Source: the human T2T-CHM13v2.0 reference genome, Homo sapiens. From it: a stretch of 64,000 nt of DNA. A program made the translations under genes and the position numbers. The DNA lies in the NCBI RefSeq assembly GCF_009914755.1, contig NC_060926.1. One strand, 5' to 3'. The stretch's first letter is position 1; each line of letters starts with the position of its first letter. A model generated the notes under the pieces. It was not told the DNA's origin. It was given only the letters and a program-made list of their open reading frames with translations, and ran no database searches. Positions 24,959-38,689 of the stretch are shown here, piece after piece.

Positions 24959-26619
24959 CCTAATGAGTAGAGTACTTGCTCTCACTACATTCTATGATTT
25001 GTTAAAGGCTTGAGTGTCCAACTAAACAGCTAACTCCTTCCCTCCCTTCTTTCTCAACTACAGTTCATCTCAACTCCCACATACTCATTTGTCTACAATT
25101 TAGAGCCCTGTACTGTACTTGCCAGATGGTAGGTACACAACGAGTAATGGGTGAATAGTGAACTTAATGCTTTTCAAAAATAATTTGAAGCATCTAATTC
25201 TATTTAATTTGACTTTCCCATTTTTATTTACACTTTAGCCATTTAAAATATGGCAAATATGTAGAGATTAAAATTGTGCCATGTACATAGTATACTCAGC
25301 TTATCTGAAAATTATTTTTTAAACACAACAAAATCCAATTGCGTTATTTTTTGTAACTTGAGGATGTTAATACTCAATGACATGAAGTAATTTGAGAGAC
25401 CTCAGATGCATTAGTACTATAGCTTGATCTTGTGAACGTAGGCAACTTGACTATTAATCAATTCCGAAATACTTGTAGATATTTCCCAACCACCAGCTTG
25501 GATATTAGGAAGGTTATTACCTGTTGTCCATTCTTCACTCCCTCTTCCATTCTCTCTCCAACACAATTTCCCCTCCATGTATTCATACACATACCATACT
25601 ATGCATTCTCCATTACTCCTGGGACTTCAGCTAGATACTGTGTGTAATCACACAACATATTTTTCAACAGATAATAAAATACGCCATGGCTCATTTTTCT
25701 AATTTAAGGTGCTACTTTATTTGCATATTTTACAGTTTAATAAAAAGTCATATACTTTGTATTTATATTATATATTGCAGAAGCACAGCATACTTTGTTC
25801 ATGTTGATTATAGCAAGTTTGGATTTCAGAGTCAAATAAGGATTGCATTAAGACCTCAAGAAAATATTTCATTGGCTTTGTATTTGAAAGCCCTTTTATA
25901 TAAACAGATTTATATCTGGCAAAAGACGGAAGGTTCTGATTGCTTTTCAATCAGATGAGAGCAGTATGCACTTATTAATACTGTGTAATCTGTTAAGCTG
26001 TTCCCAGCTTAACCCCATTGAGTCCAACGGATGGAAATACGTTCCCCTTGGAAGAGATGACTGTAATTTATTCTAATGCTAAGGGCAAATTTGCACCATG
26101 GCGTCCACTGTAGAGAATTTCACAAGAGAAGCCATCTTTGTTAAAATATGTAAAATTCCTTCATTCCTTTCATTGATTAACCTGATGCTCTTTTAGTTTC
26201 TACAAAGGACTTAAACCTCTGTGAAAATTACAGCTTAAGACTTTTCTCCAGAATATTTATGATAGATTGACAAAACAAATTATTTCTGAAAGTAAGAAAG
26301 AGGGATACCCTCTGCAAAACAGAAGTTTCTTATACAGTTCCTCATTTTATGTTTACCTGCTTTTGTTGCAGGCACAGATATGGATTTTTCCTTCTAATTC
26401 TCCATCTCACATGCCTGGGTATGCTTGTGTGCCCACGCATACCACTATCACCCTCTCCCTCTCTTCCACTTGCCTCTTTTTTGGTCTATTGGTCATTGGT
26501 CTTTGTTTTAGGTCCCTTCTGGCCTGAGATCTGTCATTTAAGACATATGGTTACTAGTGGTAACACATACATTTATATGTATATGCTCACCTTCTCTGCT
26601 ACTCCTTTCTTTTTGTATA

Positions 26620-27640
26620 ATTTTATGCTCCTACCAACAATGTAAGATAGTTCGGTTTACTCTGCATTCTCACCAACAATTGGTGCTAGTCTTTTTAATT
26701 GTGGCCATTCTAGTGTGTGTGTAATATTTCTTATGGTGGTTTTAATTTGTATTTCCCTAATGACTAATCAGTCTTTCCAGATATCTTCCTTGTTAAGTTT
26801 CTGTTCAAGTTTCTTTTCTATTTTTATATAATATTTTGTGTTCTTTGTCAGATACAGCCTTGAAAAAATATTTGAAATACATGTGACCTGTCTACTCTTT
26901 TGCTTAGTCCAGTGACAAATAGAAATTTTAAATTTTGATGAGGTATAATTGATCATTGTTTTCTTTTATGGATAATGTTTTCAGTAATTTTAAAAATGTC
27001 TGTCCCAAGCTTGTGGAAGATAAGTGATAATGTCATTTAGAAGATTTATTGTTTTAGCTTTTATATTTAAGTCTGTGAGCCATAACAGTTTGTCATAAAT
27101 GGTACAGATTAGGGGGTGATTCTTTTTTTCCATATGGATATCTATTTGTTCCAGCATCATTTAGTGAAAAGGTTCTACTTTTCCTTTGCCATTGTTGAAA
27201 ATCAGTTGAGCATATAAATATGGGGATCTTTTATTCTATTTGGATATTTGCTTAACCCTACATCAAGAACACTGTCTTAATTATTGTAGCTTTGAAATCA
27301 GTAGTCTTGAAACCAAATAGTAGGAATCCTCTATTTGTCAGGATGGTTTTGTTTTATGGTACAATATAAAAGTTCCGTATACACTTAAAAAGAATGTGTA
27401 TTCTTTATTTGTTGGATATCATTTAGGTTAAATTGGTGGTGCTTTTCAAAGTTACTTTTATCCTTACTATATTTTTGGTCTATTTAAAAACATCAACGAT
27501 TGATAGAGAAGTGTTCATCTTTTTCATTTTAGTCATTCTAGTAGTATGTAGCATTATTTTATCATGGTTTCATTTTGCATTTCCATAAGGACTAATGATG
27601 TTGAACATCTTTTCATATGCATGTTGGCCATTTTTCTTCT
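26620..27640 (-). mobile_element. Old L1M 3' fragments
   Basis: GGTGGTTTTAATTTGTATTTCCCTAATGACTAAT; GGACTAATGATGTTGAACATCTTTTCATATGC (MKRCSTSLV peptide). Confidence 0.75.
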
Positions 27641-29171
27641 GTACCACTGTTGTAAGGAAAAATTTTGTGTTTGTGAATGAGAAGAACCTGGTAGCCTTAA
27701 TTTCTCTTTTCTTTCTGTCAATATTTTAGCTTCCTGCATTCCTTAGCATACTGCACATTAGAATGATGCCACCAAAGAAGAAATAAAAAAAGGAAGCTCT
27801 ATGCTGATATAGAATTAATTCATAAAGCCTGGGGTGGGGAAGTTAACCTCTGTACACAAGACTTTTCTGATTAATAGATAGCTGTAGATCCTGTAGTCCC
27901 TGAGGGATTGGATCTTATTATACCAGGTGTAAAACTATCACTGCTCTAGCTGCATCTTTACAGAATTCAGGTCTTAAAGTCTGACATTCTCTTAAAGTCT
28001 GTGAATGCTCACATTTTTAACAAAAAGGTATGAAATGGGTTCTTATATTACAAAGAGTGCTTTGTATTATTTTAAAAATATAGTTTGTTAATGCAGTATG
28101 TTGTTCCCTGTGAGGTGTTTTTATTTGAAAATGTTAGATCCATTTAAAAAGATTTATAAGATGCTGTTTTAACAGTTTAAATGAGAACTTCTAGGAGGCA
28201 TTTTCCATTTTCACAAGTTTAGTTCTCATCAGATAACATTGTGTGACAATATATTATTTTTGTAATATTTCCTATTAGGAAATATTAAAAAGAAATATTT
28301 CCTTTTATTCACGCAAACATGAAAGACATCAAAATAAAATTCAATGAAATTTTAAGCTCTCCTTGTAGAGAAATTTCTCTAGATATATTTATTTTCTTGC
28401 AATATATGTTAACTTATTAAGTTAACCTTCGGCAAGTAAACCTGATACATAGGCTTGGGTTTCTTTTAAAATAAAGTATAATAGTATTAATCTAGTTCAA
28501 CAAAATTCTTGTGACAGATAGTAAGAAAATAGTATGAAATTTTCACACATAAGGTTTACAGCTGAGCCAGAGATGGGTCTCTCATAGAGTTTTATGAGCC
28601 ATCCAACTCAGATTTTTCCAGATGCATTGGAAAATCAGTCATAAATATTAAAAAAAATTTAAAGACCCTGAAATAGGTCCCCAGTCTCAGCCCTGATTTT
28701 CACTGGGGTTCAGGAGCTTTTTGTGAATGAACTTGGATCTTGGCCATGAAAAAGAACCAGATATCTACCAAGATATGTCTGATGAAAGAGGCTGTGCGAA
28801 CAGAAGTTAAATTACAGAGGAGGACAAAGAAACTCCTGAAAGAAAAATTGTGCCATCTAGGTTTAAGGAGTCTGGCTGGGAGGGTCAGATGTTATGAGGT
28901 TCTGAGATTTAGGAAGAAGCTGCAGTTCAGGATCCATTAGAAAGCTTCTCTTAAACACCCCCTGACTCCAACGCCTCTTTGTGCTTCTCCAAAATCTCAA
29001 AAAGAGGGAATTATGTTCTTAGAGGCCCTCTGGAAGAACTGGACATTAGGTAAGAAGGAATTGGGAGAGACAAGACTATGTGCTGCAAGTAGGGATCTAT
29101 CAGCCCCTGGGGAAAGCTAGAGGAGGGAATGCGCGGGACTAAGTTTAGGTGAAGGCCACGCTAAGGGTGAC

Positions 29172-30688
29172 TGTATTTATTTGCTAGGGCTGCCATAGGA
29201 AAATACCACAGATTGGGTGGCTTATACAATAGAAATTTACTTTCTCACAGTTCTGGAGGCTAGAAGTCCAGGATTAAGGTGTTGGCAAGGTTGGTTTCTT
29301 CTGAGGTTTCCCTTCTTGGTTTGTATGTAGCTATCCTCTTTCTGCTTCTTTCTTTCCTCTTGTCTGTACTGTAATCTCCTTTTGTTGTAAGGATACCTTT
29401 TGTGTTATATGGATTAGGGCCCAGGTATATGACCTCATTGTACCTTAATGAGTCTTTAAAGGCTCTAACTCAAAATACAGTTATGTGCAATGTAACAATC
29501 TTTTGGTCAACAATGGACCACTTATGTGATGGTGGTCTCATAAGATTATAACGGAGCTGAAAAATTCCTATCACCTAGTGACATTGTGGCCATCATAACT
29601 CAACAAATCACTCACATATTTCTGATTATGCTGGTGTAAACAAACTTACTTCACTGCCAGTTATAAAAAAATCATAATACATACAATTAGGTACAGCACA
29701 TAATACTTCATAATGTTAATAAATGACAATGTTACTGGTTTATGTAGTTACTGTACTACTTATTATTTTAGCTTGTTACTCCTTCTACTTATGTGAAAGT
29801 TAAGTGTAAAACAATCTCAGGCAGGACTTTCCAGAGTTCTTGCAGAAGAAGGCGTTATCACCATGGGAGATGACAGCTCCAAGTGTATTATTGTCCCTGA
29901 AGACCTTCCAGTGGGATAAGATGTGAAGGGGGAGACAGTGATATTGATGATTCTCACCCTCTGCAGGCCTAGGCTAATATGTATGTGTGTTGGTTTTTAA
30001 CAAAAAAGTTTAAAAAGTAAAAAATTAATAGAAAAATCTGATGGAATAAGGATATAAGAAAATATTTCTATGTGGCCATACAATGTGTTTGTGTTTTAAA
30101 ATTTTTACAAAAGTTTGTAATGTAAAAAATTTACAGTAAGCTAAGGTTAATCTATTCTTGAAGAAATTAAATTAAAAAAATTAAGTGTAGCCCAAGTGTA
30201 CAATGTTTATAACGTCTACGGTAGGGTACAGTAATGTCCTAGGCCTTCACATTCACACACCACTTACTCACTGACTCACCCAGATCCACTTCTAGTCTTT
30301 CAAGCTCTATTCATGGACCTATACAGTGCCGTGTAGAGATGTACCATTTTTAAACATCTTATGTCATATTTTGCTGTACCTTTTCTATGTTTAGATACAC
30401 ACATACTTATCATTGTGCTACAATACCTACTGTATTTAGTAACATGCTATACATGTTTGTAGCCTGGAAGCAATAGGCTACACTATAGAGCCTAGGTGTA
30501 GGCTTTACCATCTAAGTTTGTGTAAGTACACTCTAGGATGTTCACACAATGATGAAATCATATATTGATTCCTTTCTCAGAATGTATCCCCATCATTAAG
30601 TGATGCATGACTGGACAGTCACATTCTGAGGTACTGAAAGACAACTTCAACAAATGAATTTTGAGTAGACATTGTTCAGCCAATAAAA
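29172..30688 (-). mobile_element. MLT1A1/MLT1B LTR split by Tigger3b
   Basis: GCTAGGGCTGCCATA..CTCACAGTTCTGGAGGCTAGAAGTCCA; resumes CAGTCACATTCTGAGGTACTG at ~30616; near-TSD GTGAC/GTGAA. Confidence 0.8.
29478..30613. mobile_element. Tigger3b (MER7/Golem-type) non-autonomous TcMar-Tigger transposon
   Basis: TIRs CAGTTATGTGCAATGTAAC / CATTAAGTGATGCATGACTG, TA target; internal GGAGCTGAAAAATTCCTATCACCTAGTGAC; ~1.14 kb. Confidence 0.85.
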
Positions 30689-31682
30689 GTGAACTTGGTG
30701 TGACATCAGCAGCCATATTTAACGGCCAGTGCTTTATACTGGCAGTAATGATCAGTTTAGCAACAGCAGGAACAGTTGAGCAGTGGAAACTCATAGCCTA
30801 TGGGGACTTCCTTGCAATTTTCCTGGGAAGATAGAGAGGGCCATGGCCCTGCTCCTTGGCAGATGAGGCAAATGGTCCAACTTACAGGCAAACTGTGAAA
30901 GTGATCCTTTTAAGGATTTGTAATGGATGAGTTCTAGAGTTTAGGTTACATACAAATGCTGGTTACAAAATTATGTAGATAACACTTAATATAATGTCTT
31001 AGAATAAATGCACTGAATGTCAATGAAATTTAAAAATCAAATTATTTAAAGATTATTTCTCTTTGCGTTAGTTCTGAGTTGGAAGTATCCTTAGAAATTT
31101 TATGAAATTTTCATAAGTGTTTCATATATATAATTTCCTTTTAAGATGTCTGCATGGAAGGCAAAGCAGCATTCTGAGTATTTAACAGACTAAGACATAG
31201 AATCTGAAAGAAGTTAGAATGATCTGACTTTGCCCTAAAACCAAGAAACAACAGAGTTGAGACTTGAGTGTTCTGAAACACTACAATATAGAAATACATA
31301 GGTAGAATGAACAAAATGAGGGAAAATGATCACAGATGACTACAGAGTATATCTAGACATTAAAGTGTTTTAGAATAATCCTGTTTACTTACATCCAGAA
31401 AATGAAAAGTTAGGAATTTTGGTGAAACTTTTTACATACACTTTTTATAAAATTTCCATATGAACGTGGTGTTAAGTCCTGTGAGATGTTTTCTTTCCTC
31501 CCTTCCAATTCAGATTAGCAGGAAATGTATATCATTGAGAGCTAGTTTTGAACTCTTCTGTTTGTGTGCTTTATTATTTGCATGGATTTTTCCAAGTACT
31601 TTGAGGCACCTGGTAAGTGGTGCCTTACAAATAAGGTGAGTGTTGCCTAATGGTTCCATGTAGAGATGACTGGCAGACATGA

Positions 31683-31752
31683 TTAGCTGGCCCTCTGTAT
31701 CTGGGATCTGCATGCACAGATTCAAGTCATGGATCAAAAATAGTCAGAAACA
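31683..31752 (-). mobile_element. MER2-like Tigger terminal fragment
   Basis: GCTGGCCCTCTGTATCTGGGATCTGCATGCACAGATTCAA..GGATCAAAAATA. Confidence 0.5.
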
Positions 31753-32417
31753 ATACATATTTTCAAGTGTCTCTGTATTTTTTCTATCCCTTCAGTTTTG
31801 TTTTACCCAAAGTGCTTAACTCACTCATAACTGATGGATACCTCGTGTAATGCTTTGTGACTCACGCTGACCAGATAGTTTAGATGTAACACCTCATTCT
31901 GCAGTGGCTTTGTTCTGTTCTGGGAATTGCAGGCTTTTCTGACCAAGCTTCCCTAAAAGCAGGATAAAGAATCTACTCCAGGTATAATCAGGGAGAGTAA
32001 GAGTTCAAAATTATTTAGGGGACCATTAATGAACCTAGTCCTGAACCTTCACATAGTGAGACCCTGGAACCCCTACTAAGCTGTTTGATTTAGAGACTCT
32101 TGAATATACATATAAATTACATATAAATTTCACATATTTATTTATCAAGTATTTAGTGAGTGCCTAGTAAGTGTTGCCCTAGGATTAAGTATTTATTTTT
32201 TCTCTATAAGTCTATTTTAAATCTCTGTGTCCATGGATAATATCTATGCTGGTGGCATCTAGCCTTCAGAATAAAAAGCTAACATAACTTTATAATTTAA
32301 TTTAGCTGAGTGTTTGAAGATCCTTGGAGTCAGAAAGCATTAGATTAGTCCTGGAAATGGGAGGACTAATAGAGCCATCTTACAAACTCAAAAGTATACA
32401 AATCATATGTGTATATC

Positions 32418-32720
32418 TGTCTTAATCTATTCACACTGCTACAACAAATATCCTAGACTGGGTGGTTATAAACACCAAACATTTGTTTCTCACATTGTTG
32501 GGGGCTGAGAAGTCCAAGATCCAAGGCATCAACAGATTTGATGTGTTTTGAGGGCCTGCTTTCCAGATGGTCTTTTTTGTTTTTGATTTTTGTTCCTGTG
32601 TAACCTCACATGGGAAGGGAAGGGGCTCTCTGAGGCCTCTTTTATAAGGACACTATTTCTATTCATGAGGGTTCCATCCTCATGACCTAATCACCTTCCA
32701 AACGCCCCATCTCCAAATAA
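32418..32720 (-). mobile_element. MaLR LTR (MLT1A0/MSTD-like)
   Basis: CTCTTTTATAAGGACACTA..ATTCATGAGGGTTCCATCCTCATGACCTAATCACC. Confidence 0.75.
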
Positions 32721-33242
32721 TCTTTCACAGAGTTTTTGAGTGGACCTGCTTACCCACTACTCACAGCAAGAAATAAAACTTTACCAGCACCTAGAAGCAC
32801 CCCTGCCCTGTTCTAGTCATTAATTGTTCTGCAAACATAACCACTATTCTTTGTTCTCATTACTGGATAGCACGGTGTTACGTTGTATGAATATGCCATA
32901 ATTTCTCTAGTGTTTATAGACATTTGAGTTCTTTTGGTTTTTGGCTACTGTGAATATTGTAACTACAAACATTCTTTGTATATCTTTTGGTGAATATGTG
33001 TGTGCATTTCTGTTAAGCTAATGTACCTAAGAATCATGTTTATGTTCAGCTTTGGTAAAGATTACCATTTTTTCAAAGTGATTATATCAACTTATACTCC
33101 TCCCAGCAGTATGAACCACATCTTCATTAAAATCTCAATATTTTCTGCCATTTAAAATTTTAGACATTCTGGTGGGTATGTAATGTTATTCCACTGTAGT
33201 TTAATTTCATTTTTCTGGTAATAAAGTTGAGCATTGTTTCAC

Positions 33243-34209
33243 TTTTTTAAACTTTTATTTTAGGTTCAGGGGTACATATGCAGGTTTATTATATAGGTTA
33301 ATTGCATGCCACAGGGGTTTGGTGTACAGATTTTGTCACCCAGGTAATAAGAATAGTACCTGACAGGTATTTTTTAATCCTCATCCTCCTCTTATCTTCC
33401 ACCTTCAAGTAGGTTCTGCTATCTGTTCCATTCTCTGTATCCATGTGCACTCAATTTTTAGCTCCCACTTATAAGTAAGAAAACACATTTGATTTTCTGT
33501 TCTGTGTTAGTTTGCTTAGGATAATGGTCTCCAGCTGCATCCATGTTGCTACAAAGGAAATGATGTCATTCTTTTTTATGGCTCCATAGTATTCCATTAT
33601 GAATATGTACCACACTGTTGGTGGGCATTTAGGTTGGTTCCATGTCTTTGCTATTGTGAATAGTACTGTGATGAACATACTTGTGCATGTGTCTTTATGG
33701 TAGAATGATTTATATTCCTTTGGATATATACCCAATAATGGGATTGCTAGGTTTAATTGTAATTCTTTTTTAAGTTCTTTGAGAAATCACCAAACTGCTT
33801 TCCACAATGGCTGAACTAATTTAGATCCCCACCAGCAGTGTGTAAGTGTTCCTTTTTCCTCTACAAACTTGCCAGTATCTTTTACTTTTTGACTTTTTAA
33901 TAGTAGCCATTCTGACTGATATGAGATGATATCTCATTGTGGTCTTGATTTCCATTTCTCTAATGATTAGTGATGTTGAGCATTTTTTTCATATGCTTGT
34001 TAGTCACGTATATATCTTTGAGGAGGTGTCTTTATATATTTTGCCCACTTTTTAATGGGGTTGTTTGCTTCTCTTATAAATTTAAGTTTCTTACAGCTTC
34101 TGGATATTAGAACTTTCTTAGATGCACAGTTTGCAATCATTTTCTCCCATCTTGAAGGTTGCCTATATATCCTATAGTTTATTTTGCTATGCAGAAGTTC
34201 TTTAATTAG
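33243..34209 (-). mobile_element. L1PA16-like 3' segment (non-inverted part of a twin-primed insertion)
   Basis: TTTTATTTTAGGTTCAGGGGTACATATGCAGG 3' UTR; ORF2 C-terminus GIYPKEYKSFYHKDTCT. Confidence 0.9.
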
Positions 34210-36893
34210 TGTTGCAATTCTAATTTCAGACAAAGCAGACTTTAAATAAACAAACATCAAAGAAGGACATTACATAATAGTAAAGGGCTCAATTCAACAA
34301 GAGGACCTAAGTATCCTAAATAAACACTCAACACAGAAGCACCCAGATTCATAAAGCAAGTTCTTAGATACCTATGAAAAGACTTAGATAACCACACAAT
34401 AGTAGTGGGAGACATTATCACCCCACTGACAGCATTACACAGATGACTGAGGCAGAAAATTAGCAAAGAGATTTGGGACTGGAACTCAACACTTGACCAA
34501 ATGGACCTAAGAGACATCCTCAGAGCTCTTTACCCCAAACAACAGAATATATATTCTTCTCATCTGCACGTGACACATACTCTAAAATCGACCACACAGT
34601 CAGGCATAAAACAGTCCTCAGCAAATTAAAAAAACAAAACACAAAATCATACCAGCCATGCTCTCCAACCACAGTGCAATAAAAATGGAAATCAATGCTA
34701 ACAAAATCACTCAACACCATACAATTACATGGAAGTTAAACAACTTGCTCCTGAATGATTTCTAGGTAAATAATGAAATTAAGGCAGAAATCAAATTTTT
34801 TGAAACTAATGAGAAGATACAACATACCAAAATCTTTGGGACACGGCCAAAGAAGTGTTGAGAGAGAAGTTTATAACATTAAATGCCCACATCAAAATGT
34901 TAGATCTCAAATTAGTAACCTAACATCACAATTACAGGAGCTAGAGAAACAGGAGCAAAGCAACCCCAAGGCTAGCAGAAGACAAGAAATAACCAGAATC
35001 AGAGCTGAACTAAAGGAAATTGAGACACAGAAAACCATACAAAGAAAAGAATCACTGAATCAAGGAGCTTGTTCTTTGAAAGAATTAATAAGCTAGATAG
35101 ATGAATAAAGCAAAAAGAAGATTTAAATAAACACAGAAGTGAAAAAGGAGGTACTACCACTGATACCATGGAAATACAAAAAATCCTGAGACTATTATGA
35201 ACACTTTCATACACACAAGCTAGAAAAACCTAGAAAAAGATAAATTTCTGGAGACATATAACCTCTCAAGATTGAACCAGGAAGAGACTGAATTTCTGAG
35301 CAGATCAATAATGAGTTCTGAAATGAAATAAGTAATAAAAAAAAAAAGCCTACCAACCAACCAGAAAAAGCCTCAGATAAATTCACAGCCAAATTCTACG
35401 AGATGTTTAAGGAAGAGCTGGTATGATTCCTACTGAAACTATTCCAAAAAACTGAGGAGGAGGGATTCCTCCCTAACTCATTCTATGGGCTCAGCATCAT
35501 TCTGATACCAAAACCTGGCAGAGACATAATAAAAAAAGAAAACGTCAGGGCAATATCCTTGATAACATAGATGCAAAAATACTCAATAAAATACTAGCAA
35601 ACTGAATCCAACAGCACATCAAAAAGCTAGTCCACCATGATCAAGTAGGCTTTATTCCTGAGATACAAGATTGGTTCAACATAGGAAAATTAATAAATGA
35701 TTTACCACATAAATAGGACTAAAAACAAAAACCGTGTGATCATATCAATAGATGCAGAAAAGGTTTTTGGTAAAATTCATCCCTTCATGTTAAAAAAAAA
35801 AAATCAGAACAAATTAGGTATTGAAGGACTATACCTCAAAATCATGAGACCTACCTATGACAAACCTACAGCCAACATCATACTGGGTGGACAAAAGCTT
35901 GGAAGCATTCCTCTTGAGAACTGGAACAAGATAAAAATGCCCGCTCTTAGCATTCCTATTCAACATAGTACTGGAAGTCCTAGCTAGAGTGATCAGGCAA
36001 GAGAAAGAAATAAGACATCCAAATAGAAAGAGAGGAAGTTAAACTATACCTGTTTTTGCAGATGTCATGATTTCATACCTGGAAAACTTAATAGTCTCTT
36101 TCCCAAAGCTCCTTGATCTGATAAACAACTTCAGCAAAGTTTCAGAGATAGAAAATCAAGTAAAGAAATCAGCAGCATTCTCCCATTCACAATTGCCACA
36201 AAAAGAATAAAATAGCTAGGAATACAGGTAAACCAAGAAAGTGAAAGATCTCTACAATAAGAATTATAAAACACTGCTCAAAGAAATCAGAGATGACACA
36301 AACAAATGGAAAAGATTCCGTACTCATGGTTAGGAAGAATCAATATTGTTAATATGGCCATCCTGCCCAAAGCAATTAAGCAATTTACAGATTCACCACT
36401 ATTTTTATCAAAGTACCAATTATATTCTTTACAGAACTAAAAAAAAAACTACTTTAAAATTCATGTAGAAACCAAAAAAAGAGCCCAAATAGCTAAGGCA
36501 ATCCTAAGCAGCAGCAACAACAACAACAAAACAAAAACAAACAAAAAAACAACTCACAAAACTGGAGGCCTCATGTTGCCTGATTTCAAACTATACTACC
36601 TACAACCATCTGATCCTTGACAAAATTGACAAATATAAACAATGGATTAAGGATTCCCCATTCAATAAATGGTGCTGGGATAACTGGCTAGCCATATGCA
36701 GAAGATTGAAAGTGGACCCCTTCCGTACACCATATACAATAACCAACTCAAAATGGATTAAAAACTTAAATGTAAAAAATAAAACTATAAGGACCCTGGA
36801 AGATAATCTTAGGAAATACCATTCTGGACATAGGACCCGGCAAAGATTTCATGAAGACACCAAAAGCAATTGGAATGAAACCAAACGTTGACA
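34210..36893 (+). mobile_element. Inverted L1 ORF2 segment (EN to past RT) of the same insertion
   Basis: Starts GTTGCAATTCTAATTTCAGACAAA (EN domain), includes [10 protein letters not shown] (RT), ends at ...GTTGACA just upstream of where the minus segment begins in L1 coordinates. Confidence 0.9.
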
Positions 36894-37781
36894 TATTTTT
36901 TCATGTTTATTGGCAATTTAAATACCTCTTTTATAAAGTTTTTTGGTTTATTTTACATGAGTTATCTTTGTATTAATTTTAATGAATTGATATAGTTACT
37001 GGTATAGATTCATACTTTGGATACAAATTCTTTGTTAGAAATATATATGACAATTATCTTCAACACTTTGTGGTTTGTCCTTTTCTCTTTTTGGTGGATT
37101 AAGTTGAATGGAAGTTAATACAGCTTAATATATACAACTCTACTCTCCATTTTATACTTATGGTTAGCACTTTGAGTCCTGTTTAAGAAACTTTTGCCTA
37201 TCCCAAGTTAATGATGAATTTCTCTCGTGCTTTATTCCAGGAGTTTTATAGTTTCCTTTTCACATTTAAATCTGGAATCCAGTTGTAATATTTTTGGATG
37301 TGATGTGAGTTAGTCATCAAGATTCATTTTTTAAAAAATGCAGATGTCACATTGTCCCAGCATCACTAATTGAAAAGACCATTCTTTCCTCACAATCTTA
37401 GTCACAAATTGAGTGATGGTTTATATGCTCCTGGTTCTGGACTATCTAGTCTGTACTTTTGTTTATTTCTCTATTTTTGCACCAACTTCACATTGGCTTA
37501 GTTAATAATTAGATAAATTCTATTTATCTCTATTACTTAATTTTTAAGAATATCTCTATTCCTTAATTTTAAGAATTTGAAAAATTTCTTTAGATATGTC
37601 TTGATATCTGAAAATATAAGGTCTCTAGCTGTTTCATTCTTTTTCAAGTTTATCTTAGTCATACTTGATCTTTCGGATGTCCATATAAACTTGAGATTCT
37701 ACTTATCAATTTCTCTAAAAATACTTCTACGATTTTAATTGTAATTGCCTTGACTCTGTGGAGTAATTTGGAGACAACTGA

Positions 37782-38082
<301 letters not shown>

Positions 38083-38689
38083 AACCCATTTATTTCTAAC
38101 ATTAGGCATTGTAGTAGAGAAACATGGTATGTTTCTCCATTGATTTAGGCCTTTGAAATTTTTCCCAATAATGTATAAATTTCAGAAAAATCTTGCATAA
38201 AATGTTTCCCCAACTTATTCCTAGATATTTGATATTTTGCTGCTACATATAACATTTTCATTTAAAATTTTTATTTTCTGTTGGTACATAGTAAAATACA
38301 ATTGTTTTAAATATTGACCTTATATTCTTGGCTTTGAAAAATTTATTTATTCTTATAGTTGGTAGACATTCTTCTTGTATTTCCAAAGTACACAATCAGC
38401 ATATTCAAACAATCAGTTCTTCATTTCCAATTCTTGCCTATTTTTCTTTTCTATTGCATTTTGTAGAACTTCCTGGATAAAAGTTCAATAGAAATCATGA
38501 TTAAAGTATATTTTTCTCATTCTTCATCTTAGAGGAAAAAGCTGTCAATAATTCACTAATAGGTACAATGTTTGCTGTAATGTTGGAGAGACTTATTAAT
38601 AAAGAAATCCCCTTCTATTAAATGTTTTTATGCATTTATTAAGCTGATTATATGATTCTTTTATTTTGATATTGTGAATAATTACAGAT

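Noticed and set aside
25680-26200. Repeat-free block with an ATTTGCAT octamer and a few CpGs as a possible enhancer
   Set aside because: Motifs of this length are expected by chance; conservation cannot be judged from this sequence alone
37525-37577. ~26-bp tandem duplication TATCTCTATT(A/C)CTTAATTTTAAGAA
   Set aside because: Routine slippage duplication within old L1; the same applies to the ~21-bp duplication at 42672-42720 in Tigger4
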